From Rickettsiales bacterium (GTDB taxonomy: Bacteria > Pseudomonadota > Alphaproteobacteria > Rickettsiales > UBA1997): 26,408 nt of DNA. Position 1 is the first letter of the stretch. The number at the start of each line of letters is the position of its first letter. The stretch covers positions 1-26,408 of the forward strand of contig JBMSPZ010000001.1 in assembly GCA_049423025.1 (NCBI GenBank), read 5' to 3'. Positions 16,063 to 26,408 of the stretch are shown here, one piece after another. The notes below the pieces were generated by a model that searched no databases, was not told the origin of the DNA, and saw only the letters and a program-made list of their open reading frames with translations. A program made the position numbers and the translations under genes.

Positions 16063-16539
16063 ATGACCCTTGAAATTAATAGCCCTGCCCCTTTATTCAC
16101 ACTGCCAAGTGACGAAGGAAGTGAATTTAATTTATCAGAATTAAAAGGAAAATTTGTGGTAATTTATTTTTATCCAAAAGACGATACTCCCGGTTGCACG
16201 ATTGAAGCCCAAGATTTCAGTAAAAAATTACCTGAATTTGAGAAATTTGATTGCGTTGTCGCTGGAATTTCTCGTGATAATGTTGAAAGTCATTGCAAAT
16301 TCATTAACAAATTTAAACTTACAATCCCACTTTTATCTGACGAAAATGGTGAAGTTTGCAAAGGCTATGATGTATTAAAAGAAAAATCTATGTTTGGCAA
16401 AAAATATATCGGTATTGATCGCACCACAATTTTAATCGATAAAATGGGAAAAATTTTAAAGATTTGGAACAATGTCAAAGTTAAAGGACATGTCGAAGAA
16501 GTTTTAAAAGAGCTTGAAAAACATTTAAAATCCACTTGA
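16063..16539 (+). CDS. bcp: Thioredoxin-dependent thiol peroxidase; start revised to ATG at 16063
   Basis: YFYPKDDTPGCTIEA, GIDRTT.LID, VKVKGHVEEV. Confidence 0.93.
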   Translation: MTLEINSPAPLFTLPSDEGSEFNLSELKGKFVVIYFYPKDDTPGCTIEAQDFSKKLPEFEKFDCVVAGISRDNVESHCKFINKFKLTIPLLSDENGEVCKGYDVLKEKSMFGKKYIGIDRTTILIDKMGKILKIWNNVKVKGHVEEVLKELEKHLKST

Positions 16540-16564
16540 TTTTGTTTTTTAATATCAATAAAAT
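16536..16564 (+). promoter_or_regulatory. Sigma70-like promoter candidate for rplY
   Basis: TTGATT(16536-16541)-N17-TAAAAT(16559-16564); GGAG RBS just before the 16675 start. Confidence 0.4.
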
Positions 16565-16674
16565 ATTTGCCTTCTAAAATAAATATCTATTTGATTTGTT
16601 AAATTTTTTTAATTTAAAAATTTTTTCACCCTAGATATTTTAAATACTAACAACATAATAAATTTGGAGAATAT

Positions 16675-17328
16675 ATGTCAATCTTGTTGCAAGCTGAAAT
16701 CAGAGAAAATCTTGGAACCCAGGCATCAAAAAAAATCAAAAGAGTCGGCAGAATCCCTGCAGTTATCTATTCTAAAAATGGTAACATTAATTTGAGCATT
16801 AATTCAAAAGAGTTTGAATTACATTATTCAAAAGGCTTTGCTTTAAATAGCGTCATTGATCTAGAAATTTCTGGCAAAAAAAACCGTGTAATTGCCCATA
16901 AAATTGAGCTTGACCCAGTTTCTGATGCTCCAGTTCATATCGATTTTATCCAATGCCAAGAAAACGCTCCAATTCCTGCCCAACCAAAAATTAAATTCAC
17001 CAATAATGACAAATCTCCAGGATTAAAAAAAGGTGGTTTCTTGCATGTTGTAGCTAGAAGAGTAAGTGTTTTATGCGATGGCGAAAAATCAATACCAGAA
17101 TTTATCGAAGCTGATGTTGCTTCACTTCATGTTGGTTCAAAATTCCGTGCCAATAGCTTAAAATTACCAAATGGTGTAAAATTAAAAAAGAAAGGAAATT
17201 TTTTAATTGCTAGTATCGTTGGTCGTGGCAAATCTGAAGAAGAAACTCCAACCGCTCAAGCAACAGCAACTCCAACTTCCTCAGCAACTCCTGCTAAAGC
17301 CGAAGAAAAAAAGGACGCTAAAAAATAA
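16675..17328 (+). CDS. rplY: 50S ribosomal protein L25 / general stress protein Ctc (long form)
   Basis: GRIPAVIYS, DPVSD.PVHIDF, GLKKGG.L, IP..IE.DV..L.VG, acidic Ala/Thr-rich tail. Confidence 0.93.
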   Translation: MSILLQAEIRENLGTQASKKIKRVGRIPAVIYSKNGNINLSINSKEFELHYSKGFALNSVIDLEISGKKNRVIAHKIELDPVSDAPVHIDFIQCQENAPIPAQPKIKFTNNDKSPGLKKGGFLHVVARRVSVLCDGEKSIPEFIEADVASLHVGSKFRANSLKLPNGVKLKKKGNFLIASIVGRGKSEEETPTAQATATPTSSATPAKAEEKKDAKK

Positions 17329-17354
17329 TTTTATCACTAAAATATTTTTCATAG

Positions 17355-17411
17355 TCGCTTGTGATTTGCATATTTTTTATAAATATGTTTAAATCACAAG
17401 CGATTTTTTTT
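17355..17411 (+). terminator. Long intrinsic terminator hairpin after rplY
   Basis: TCGCTTGTGATTT(17355-17367)/AAATCACAAGCGA(17391-17403), inner CATATTT/AAATATG stem, followed by a T-run. Confidence 0.8.
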
Positions 17412-17749
17412 ACGATTTATTTGGAATTTAAAAAATTAATTTAGAAAAAAATTTAAATTTTTGTATTACAAAATTCCTCCCTCCCAAAATTTTTTTTGGT
17501 AAAAAAAATTTTACCCTCCTTCAAGAGAAGGGTGATAACACCGCTAATATTTTATGTAAGATTTTGTTATTTAAGCCAAGGGATGAGAGATAACACCGCT
17601 TTGAAAGTTGGGCTTTATGCACACCCCCACTATGATTCCGCCAAATTAACTACATTTAATTTTTGGAAATCTCTCTGCCCCCTTAAAGTCAGGGGAGCTG
17701 AGAACTGATAGCTTTTCCAGTATTTCAATATTTTACAAAGCTTATATAA

Positions 17750-18283
17750 CTACTTGGCTTTATTAAATCTTTCCACCGCTTCGCCGATAAGTTTCTTGGC
17801 GGTGTTAGCACCTTCGAAGCTTTTTACTTTAACCCATTTGCCTTTTTCTAAATCTTTATAATGCTCGAAGAAATGCTTGATTTTATTGATAAGTCTTTCT
17901 GGTAATTCAGAAATATCATCAATTTTTTCGTAAGTTGAATTGAGTTTAACAGCAGGAACCGCTAAAATTTTTTCATCCATTCCCTTTTCATCTTCCATGA
18001 TTAAAACACCAACTGGTTTTACCGCAATAACAGCACCAGGTACAATGGCGAAATCAGAAACCACTAAAACATCGGCAGGGTCGCCATCTTCAGATAAGGT
18101 GTGTGGAATAAAGCCATAATTACACGGGTAATACATTGGAGTGGCAATAAAACGGTCGACAAAAATTGCACCGCTATCTTTGTCCATTTCATATTTGACT
18201 GGATCAGCATTCATTGGCACTTCAATGATAACATTAACATTATTTGGAACATCCTTTCCAATTGAGATTTTTTCAATATTCAT
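17750..18283 (-). CDS. ppa: Inorganic pyrophosphatase (family I)
   Basis: KYEMDK, DRF, YP.NYGFIPHTL.EDGDPADVLV, DEK, HYKDLE. Confidence 0.96.
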   Translation of the reverse strand: MNIEKISIGKDVPNNVNVIIEVPMNADPVKYEMDKDSGAIFVDRFIATPMYYPCNYGFIPHTLSEDGDPADVLVVSDFAIVPGAVIAVKPVGVLIMEDEKGMDEKILAVPAVKLNSTYEKIDDISELPERLINKIKHFFEHYKDLEKGKWVKVKSFEGANTAKKLIGEAVERFNKAK

Positions 18284-18347
18284 AAAATAAAATTTAGGTT
18301 AGTTTTTAATAATTTTAATATTTATTATAATTTTTTCTAGCTTTTTT

Positions 18348-19652
18348 TTAATTGACTTCAAGCAAACATGCTCCACCTTGTCCACCACCGATACAAAGGC
18401 TTGCCAATCCACGATTTTTACCTCTTCGCTTTAATTCTCTAAGCAAGTGAATAATAATTCTAGCACCCGACATACCAACTGGATGGCCAAGAGCAATGGC
18501 TCCGCCATTAACATTTACAATTTCTGGATTAATTTCACCAAGAGGGGTCGACATGTTAAAATGATCATGACAATATTCATCGCTTGCAAAAGCTCGCAAA
18601 CAGCCTAAAACCTGAGCACTAAAAGCTTCGTTAATTTCTACCAAATCAAAATCACTAAGTTTTAATTGAGTTTTATCGAGTAGTTTCTTGGTGGCATGAA
18701 CTGGACCAAGACCCATTCTTGATGGCTCCAAACCAGCATAAGCAAATTCAGTTAAATATCCTAAAATTTCAAAACCAAATTCTTGTTGTAATTTTTTGGC
18801 ATAGCTTTCTTTGGCAACCAAAGCAAAAGCTGAGCCATCGGTGATTTGCGAAGAGTTGCCGACAGTAACTGAACCTGCAACTTTTTCAAAATATGGTTTT
18901 AATTTTTGTAAATCTTCAATTTTTTGATTCTTGCGAATTCCCTCATCTTCTTCAATCATTTGCGAATTTTTTTCGTCATTATTGAAAATTGGAATAATTT
19001 CTGCCTTGAAAATATTTTTTTCGGTAGCATTTTGAGCTTTAATATGCGAATTCAATGCGAATTGATCTTGCTCTTGCCTTGAAACATAAAGATCGCGAGC
19101 GACATTTTCTGCGGTGCAACCCATAATTAATCCTGAAATTGGATCAGTTAAGCCTTGAACTAAACCAAGAACTGGATTTAGATGATGAAATTTAAAGCCG
19201 TTAAAGCTACGAATTTTTTCAATCGTGGTTTTGCTTTTACTTAATTTAGTAAAAATTTCGACCATTTTTTTGCCATAAAAAAGCGGAATATTGCTCATCG
19301 ACTCAACACCGCCAACCAACATCAAATCTCCATAGCCAGCATTAATTTTGGCAAAAGCCGTGGTAAAAGCTTCCATTCCTGAAGCACAATTTCTATGCAC
19401 TGTATATGCAGAAACTTCATTATTCAAGCCAGCTTTTAAAGCAATTACTCGAGAAATATTAGCGCTATCTGCAGGTTGAGCGACATTGCCGATTATCACT
19501 TCGTCGATTAATTTATTGTCAATATTGCTTCGAAGCAAAACTTCCTTGGCAATTCTTGCACCAAGGTCGCTAGCACTAAGGTTTTTAAGGGCTCCACCGG
19601 CTTTGCCCATCGGTGAGCGAAAACCAGAAATTATTGCAATTCTTTCTTTCAT
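18348..19652 (-). CDS. Thiolase (acetyl-CoA C-acyltransferase, FadI-like)
   Basis: RNCASG, GGVESMS, NEAF, GHPVG and CIGGGQG catalytic motifs. Confidence 0.92.
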   Translation of the reverse strand: MKERIAIISGFRSPMGKAGGALKNLSASDLGARIAKEVLLRSNIDNKLIDEVIIGNVAQPADSANISRVIALKAGLNNEVSAYTVHRNCASGMEAFTTAFAKINAGYGDLMLVGGVESMSNIPLFYGKKMVEIFTKLSKSKTTIEKIRSFNGFKFHHLNPVLGLVQGLTDPISGLIMGCTAENVARDLYVSRQEQDQFALNSHIKAQNATEKNIFKAEIIPIFNNDEKNSQMIEEDEGIRKNQKIEDLQKLKPYFEKVAGSVTVGNSSQITDGSAFALVAKESYAKKLQQEFGFEILGYLTEFAYAGLEPSRMGLGPVHATKKLLDKTQLKLSDFDLVEINEAFSAQVLGCLRAFASDEYCHDHFNMSTPLGEINPEIVNVNGGAIALGHPVGMSGARIIIHLLRELKRRGKNRGLASLCIGGGQGGACLLEVN

Positions 19653-19722
19653 TTTTTTAAAAATTAATTTAATATTTACTAATATTTATAAACTATAAAA
19701 AATAACTTTCACGAAAAATTTT

Positions 19723-20517
19723 ATGATAAATAATGAATTAATTGCATTTGCCAACAAACTTGCTGATATAGCTACCGAAATTTCCAAAAAATATTATCGA
19801 GTAAGTAATGAAGAAATGGCAAAAGATGACGACTCGCCCGTCACTATTGCCGACAAAACCATTGAAGAAAAAATTCGTGAAGAAATTTTTTTGCATTATC
19901 CAGATCATGGAATTATTGGCGAAGAATATGGCAATCATCAAGAAAATGCCAAATATGTTTGGATTATCGACCCAATTGACGGCACTTCTTCTTTCATTGT
20001 TGGACGCCCGATTTTTGGCAATTTAATTGCCCTAACTGAAAATAATAAAGTAATTTTAGGAGTCATCAACCAACCAATCAATGGTGAAAGATGGCTTGGT
20101 ATTGAGGGTCAAGGCACTTGGTTTAATGGCAATAAAATTCATACTCGTAATTGTCAAAATATTGAAAATGCTGTTTTAAGTTCTAGCTCCCCATTCTTTT
20201 TTAAAGGCGAAAATAAAATAATTTTTGAACAAATTTGCTTGCTCACCAAATATCAAAAAATTGGTGGAGTAGTTTATGGTGGCGATTGCTATGCTTATGG
20301 CTGTTTAGCCTCGGGTTTTGTAGACTTAATTATCGAACCTGAATTAAAAATTTATGATTTTGCCTCACATATTCCAATTATTAAAAATGCTGGCGGTATT
20401 ATTACTGACTGGAGCGGGAATGAATTGAAGCTAGAATCTAACACAAAATTAGTGGCTTCGTCAACGCCAAAACTTCATGAGCAAGTTTTAAAAATTATTA
20501 GCAATTTAAGACAGTAA
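19723..20517 (+). CDS. hisN: Inositol monophosphatase family protein, histidinol-phosphate phosphatase-like
   Basis: DDSPVT.AD, GEE, WIIDPIDGT.SF, GGDCYAY, YDFA. HisN versus other IMPase paralogues is not provable from motifs. Confidence 0.75.
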   Translation: MINNELIAFANKLADIATEISKKYYRVSNEEMAKDDDSPVTIADKTIEEKIREEIFLHYPDHGIIGEEYGNHQENAKYVWIIDPIDGTSSFIVGRPIFGNLIALTENNKVILGVINQPINGERWLGIEGQGTWFNGNKIHTRNCQNIENAVLSSSSPFFFKGENKIIFEQICLLTKYQKIGGVVYGGDCYAYGCLASGFVDLIIEPELKIYDFASHIPIIKNAGGIITDWSGNELKLESNTKLVASSTPKLHEQVLKIISNLRQ

Positions 20518-20518
20518 T

Positions 20519-21697
20519 TTAAGAAACTTTTTCAACTTCTTCAACCTTTGGATTACAATATAAATCAATGGTTTTTTGACACATTAAATCATTAGAAAAA
20601 TTTTCTTCAATATTTTTTCTACCTGCCCGACCAATTTGATCGGTTTGCTCTTTTGACATTTCTAAAACTCTGTCTATAACTGCACTTAAAGCATCAACAT
20701 CGAATGGCTCAACTAAAAAACCTGTTTTTTCATCGATAATAGTTTCAAGCGAACCGCCAATTTTAGTTGCAATTACCACCCTCGAAGAAGCTTGGGCTTC
20801 AATTGAAATTCTTCCAAAAGCTTCTGGACGAACACTTGGGGCAATAACAAAATGAGATAAATTATAGCAAGCAGGCATATCTTTACAGGCTCCAACAATA
20901 CGGATTTTTCCTGCCAAATTTTCTTTAATAATTTTTTGCTCAATTTTTTTACGATAATTTTTATGACCGTGATCAGAGCCAACCATAACACAAAAAAAAT
21001 CATTTTTGACATTTTTCAAAGCATCAATTAAAAATTCATGCCCCTTCCAAGAAGTAAATCTTGCGGGCATTAAAATAATTTTTTTATCTTCGGGTAAATT
21101 CCATTTTTTAATTAAATCAATCACACGATTTTTTGAAACTTTTTCTTCATTAAAATATCGAAGGTCAACCCCTCTTTGAATGACAGTGATATTGCTTGCA
21201 AAATTACCTTGGTAATTTCTGAGTAAGTAATTTTTAATATAATTTGAAACCACAATAATAGATTCCGCTTTCAACATTATAGAATTGTAGAATTTTTTTG
21301 GTGGAAAAATTTGCCAATTCAAAAAATTTAAGGAATAAGTGCCATGAACAGTTGAAATCAATCTGGTTTTAGTTCTTTTGCAGGCAAAATAAGCGCTCCA
21401 CATTGGCGCTCTTGACCTAACATGAACAATATCTACCTTATATTCATTAATGATTTCTTCAATTTTGGCGATGTTAAAAAAAATCGTAAAAGGATTTTTT
21501 GATTTTACATTAAGTTGAATATGATTAATTTTGGCTTCTTTAAGTTCATAAACCAAAATTCCACCGCTAGAAACCACGATTGGAATAAAGTTTTGGGCCT
21601 TAAGATTCTTGGCGATGTCAATAGTTCCTCGCTCCACTCCCCCACTTTCCAGAGAAGGAAGAATTTGTAGGACTACTAATTGTTTGTTATTTTCCAT
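20519..21697 (-). CDS. Glycosyltransferase family 4
   Basis: GGVERGT, HVRSRAP, STVHG, EAFGR..IEAQA motif. Confidence 0.92.
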   Translation of the reverse strand: MENNKQLVVLQILPSLESGGVERGTIDIAKNLKAQNFIPIVVSSGGILVYELKEAKINHIQLNVKSKNPFTIFFNIAKIEEIINEYKVDIVHVRSRAPMWSAYFACKRTKTRLISTVHGTYSLNFLNWQIFPPKKFYNSIMLKAESIIVVSNYIKNYLLRNYQGNFASNITVIQRGVDLRYFNEEKVSKNRVIDLIKKWNLPEDKKIILMPARFTSWKGHEFLIDALKNVKNDFFCVMVGSDHGHKNYRKKIEQKIIKENLAGKIRIVGACKDMPACYNLSHFVIAPSVRPEAFGRISIEAQASSRVVIATKIGGSLETIIDEKTGFLVEPFDVDALSAVIDRVLEMSKEQTDQIGRAGRKNIEENFSNDLMCQKTIDLYCNPKVEEVEKVS

Positions 21698-21700
21698 ATT

Positions 21701-23187
<1,487 letters not shown>

Positions 23188-23270
23188 TTTTTCTATATTA
23201 AATTGTAATTTATTTTTTTAAAAATATTATAATACTAACTTAAGATTTTCAACATAGATTTTAAAAAAAT

Positions 23271-25085
23271 ATGAAATTATTCGCCAAAATATTGTTTGCA
23301 TTTGTTTTTTTTGCCAGCAACTCCTTAGCATCTTCATCGCCATGGCAAGATCATGAAATTAGCGGAGTTAAAACTTCATTAATTGGAAGTTATTATGAAA
23401 AAAACGGACATAGAAATGTCATTTTAGGAGTTGAATTCAAGCTTAAGGAAGGCTGGAAAATTTACGGCAACGACAGCAACTCAATAGGCTCCCCTCCGAC
23501 TTTTAATTTTAGCAAAAGTGAAAATTATGATTTTCATAATGTGATTTTTCCGCAGGCAAAAACTGGCTCTGAAGAAATTGGTGTAGAAAAAATTAATTAC
23601 AAATACTATAATGACTATATTTTAATCCCGATTATTGTTGAGCTTAAAGACCAAAAAGCAAATTTTAAAGTGAATATGGACTTAAATTTTGCAATTTGCA
23701 AAGATGTTTGCGTTCCTGTTTCTCAAAATTTTTCCCTTGATTTATCAAGCAATATCGACAAAGCATCACTCAAAAAGATTCAAGAGTATTTTGGCTCTCA
23801 ATTGTTAGAACCTAACTCCGGCGGTAATTTTGAAGATATCGATATGAGCCTCGAAGCTAATAAAGAAAATAATCTATCAAACTTTTTAGTTAAGATTATT
23901 TTAGCTATTATTGGTGGATTCATCTTAAACATCATGCCTTGCGTATTGCCAGTTTTATCAATTAAACTAATGAGCATAATCAAGCACTCTGGCGCTTCTC
24001 AAGCCAAAATTAGAGAGGGTTTTATTGCCACCATTATTGGCATTGGATTTTGTTTCATAATTTTAGCCTTGATAACCTATTCCATCAAAGCGGTTGGTTC
24101 GAATTTAGGATGGGGTTTTCAATTCCAAAATCCATATTTCATAATCTTTTTAATTGTAATTCTAATATTGTTCACCGCTGAATTAATTGGATTCTTTGAG
24201 TTAACTTATAGCCAGTTCTTGGCAACAATTTTGAACAAAAAAATTTCACAAAAAACTGCAGAAAAAAATATTTTTGTTCCAAATTTTTTATCTGGAATTT
24301 TAGCGGTTTTATTAGCTACCCCATGCTCCGCTCCATTTCTTGGAAGCGCTATATCTTTTGCTTTAACCCAAAATTTCCTTTCTATATTAACCATTTTCTT
24401 TTTTATCGGTGTTGGTTTTAGCTTGCCTTATATTGCACTAATTTTATTTCCAAAATCTTTAAAATATTTTCCAAAACCTGGTAGTTGGATGCAAAAAACC
24501 AAACAGATTTTAGCTGGATTTTTATTTGCAACAGCTGTGTGGTTGACTTATGTTTTATGCAATATTATTGGATATTTCCCTGGTATTGTAACTGGTGTTT
24601 TGGCTTTGGTATTGTTTTTTTCATTTAAAATCAAACAAAAACTTATCAAAAATATATTAATTTTATTCATTATCATCACTTCATTTATTTTACCAATTGA
24701 ATTTCACGAATGGGAATCGCAAAAAAAACAAGAATTTAATTCTTTATGGCTTAACTTTGATGAGTCATTATTATCGACTCAAATTGCTCAAGGCAAAGTT
24801 ATTTTAGTTGATGTAACTGCCGATTGGTGCATAACCTGCAAATTTAACAAAATAATGGTTTTAAATAGCGAAGAGATTAATTCTCTTTTAAAAAGCGGTG
24901 AGGTAGTTGGTTTTAGAGCCGATATTACTAAACCCGATGATGAGGTAATGAAATTTATGGCCAAATACGATAGATACGCCATTCCATTTAACATAGTTTA
25001 CGGTCCAAATGCACAAAACGGAATTTTAATGAGTGAGCTTTTAAATAAAAATGAAATAATTGAAGCTATAAAAAAAGCTAAGTAA
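23271..25085 (+). CDS. DsbD-family protein-disulfide reductase (ScsB/DsbD-like)
   Basis: Signal-peptide-like N-terminus, CKDVC, membrane-domain NIMPCVLPV and LATPCSAPFLG, C-terminal thioredoxin TADWCITCK. Confidence 0.9.
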   Translation: MKLFAKILFAFVFFASNSLASSSPWQDHEISGVKTSLIGSYYEKNGHRNVILGVEFKLKEGWKIYGNDSNSIGSPPTFNFSKSENYDFHNVIFPQAKTGSEEIGVEKINYKYYNDYILIPIIVELKDQKANFKVNMDLNFAICKDVCVPVSQNFSLDLSSNIDKASLKKIQEYFGSQLLEPNSGGNFEDIDMSLEANKENNLSNFLVKIILAIIGGFILNIMPCVLPVLSIKLMSIIKHSGASQAKIREGFIATIIGIGFCFIILALITYSIKAVGSNLGWGFQFQNPYFIIFLIVILILFTAELIGFFELTYSQFLATILNKKISQKTAEKNIFVPNFLSGILAVLLATPCSAPFLGSAISFALTQNFLSILTIFFFIGVGFSLPYIALILFPKSLKYFPKPGSWMQKTKQILAGFLFATAVWLTYVLCNIIGYFPGIVTGVLALVLFFSFKIKQKLIKNILILFIIITSFILPIEFHEWESQKKQEFNSLWLNFDESLLSTQIAQGKVILVDVTADWCITCKFNKIMVLNSEEINSLLKSGEVVGFRADITKPDDEVMKFMAKYDRYAIPFNIVYGPNAQNGILMSELLNKNEIIEAIKKAK

Positions 25086-25088
25086 TTT

Positions 25089-26408
25089 TTATTGTTTTAA
25101 ATTAAAAACCCCATTTAGTTCAATCAAAATCCCGTCTTGACTCGAAATCAAATCTTGTAAATATTTATCTTTATTTTGATAAAAAATTTTGCTATCAAAT
25201 TTTTTACTTAAAGTGGTAATAATTTTATCAAAATTAAATAAATAAAGCTTATCAATAAATATTTTTGGCGAATCAAGGGCAAAAATCATATCGAATTCAT
25301 TATTTTCTCGATTCAAAATCTGAATATTTTGTAATTTTGAAAAAATTACAAAACCATCTAAGTTAAATTTATTATGAACGAGTGATTCATTATTTAGATT
25401 ATCACCATTTTCGATATAAAAATGATTTTTATAATCTATACCGATTTCAGTTATTTTTTTAGCATTTTCATTAGCATAAATACCAAATACCTCAAAATAT
25501 GAAGTTGTATGATATTGATAAAATAAAGAACCATGAAAAGCATTTATATTATCAACCAAAATCATTTCATCCTTATTAAATTTATTTATCTCATATAATT
25601 TGGTTTGTGGATTATATTCTAGACCTCGCCAATAATCAAAGCGATGATATTTATTTGGAACTTCATTGATATTTTTCGATAAAATATTTTTTGGTATCTC
25701 TTTCATTATTCCATTATTTATAGCTTTAATGACAATTTCGAGATTATTTATTAAAAAATTTTTCTTCTCAAAAGTTGAATAATTTATAATATGAACTATC
25801 GCCACCACTGCCGAGATTAAAAAAGCCAGTAAATTAATCAAAAGTTTTTGCATAAAATATGAGCGATATTTTTTGGAATTTTTAATTACATAATTAAAAA
25901 AAACCAGCATCAAAATACCCATACCAATATATTGTAAATAAATTTGAACAAAGGTCTGCGGATTTTCATCATTGAGAAGCAAATTTTGATAGAAGTTTGA
26001 AAAACTGATCATGAGTGTTGGAAATACTGATAAGGCAATACCAATAATTAAAAAAGTGGCGGAGGTTTTTTTGGAGAGTTCAATTTTTTTTAAAAAAAAC
26101 TTAATTGCAAAAAAGAAAGAAATGAATAAAAAAATTGCAGGCAAAACTCTATCAAAACTAGGGTCGAAATAATAATAACCTTTCCGAAACGCACCGAGTG
26201 GGAAGGCACAAATTATTTGATTAATAAAAGTTAAATATATTAATTCAGGATTAATTGAAAATTCAATTCCACCATAGACCGAATCTGCATTTTTGTAATT
26301 AAGAATATATATTATCAACCAAATCAAGATCATCAGATTATAAAATTTCAATTCTTTAAAATTAACCTTAATAGCCGATATTATGTAGCTAGAGAAATTA
26401 TATTCCTT
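25089..26408 (-). CDS. Hypothetical polytopic membrane protein, 5'-truncated by the window edge
   Basis: The frame stays open from the track's TTG start (26351) to the window end (...KEYNFSSYIISAIKVNFKE). About 5-6 hydrophobic segments precede a soluble C-terminal region. Confidence 0.75.
   Translation of the reverse strand, partial: KEYNFSSYIISAIKVNFKELKFYNLMILIWLIIYILNYKNADSVYGGIEFSINPELIYLTFINQIICAFPLGAFRKGYYYFDPSFDRVLPAIFLFISFFFAIKFFLKKIELSKKTSATFLIIGIALSVFPTLMISFSNFYQNLLLNDENPQTFVQIYLQYIGMGILMLVFFNYVIKNSKKYRSYFMQKLLINLLAFLISAVVAIVHIINYSTFEKKNFLINNLEIVIKAINNGIMKEIPKNILSKNINEVPNKYHRFDYWRGLEYNPQTKLYEINKFNKDEMILVDNINAFHGSLFYQYHTTSYFEVFGIYANENAKKITEIGIDYKNHFYIENGDNLNNESLVHNKFNLDGFVIFSKLQNIQILNRENNEFDMIFALDSPKIFIDKLYLFNFDKIITTLSKKFDSKIFYQNKDKYLQDLISSQDGILIELNGVFNLKQ

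Noticed and set aside
17534-17600. Degenerate second CRISPR array
   Set aside because: Only two 12-bp copies, too short and unrelated to the array repeat.
17534-17703. Riboswitch (glycine-like GAGATAACACCG, TPP-like GCTGAGA) or lambda operator-like TAACACCGC
   Set aside because: The other required aptamer elements are missing, no gene lies downstream on that strand, and there are no phage genes nearby.
17496-17708. 70-aa ORF in the rplY-ppa gap
   Set aside because: Weak start, no RBS, no protein-like features; the DNA/RNA structure explains the region better.

Overview
AT-rich alphaproteobacterial chromosome segment, probably from a Rickettsiales-like lineage (inferred from DUF1013/TrcR, a zf-CHCC protein and the composition). 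Most of it is housekeeping: dapB, oxyR/dps, fumC, ubiG, era, class II DAHP synthase, prephenate dehydratase, rsmD, birA, yaaA, bcp, rplY, ppa, a thiolase, hisN, a GT4, purA and a DsbD-family protein. The left edge carries a candidate compact type VI (Cas13-like) CRISPR system. A 593-aa orphan protein with two RxxxxH HEPN-type motifs (RDWLVH, RNNIDH) overlaps the end of dapB. Downstream of it are tandem hairpins, an AT-rich stretch and a CRISPR array (37-nt repeats, 30-nt spacers) cut off by the window edge. An inverted anti-repeat abuts the outermost repeat and can fold back on it (about 25 bp), a tracr-like or antitoxin-like arrangement not expected for Cas13. No cas1/cas2 is present in the window. 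Separately, an orphan 354-aa gene with a UIM-like motif sits in a 1,243-bp insert bounded by an exact 24-bp duplication of the fumC 3' end. All family calls are by motif recognition only; no searches were run.
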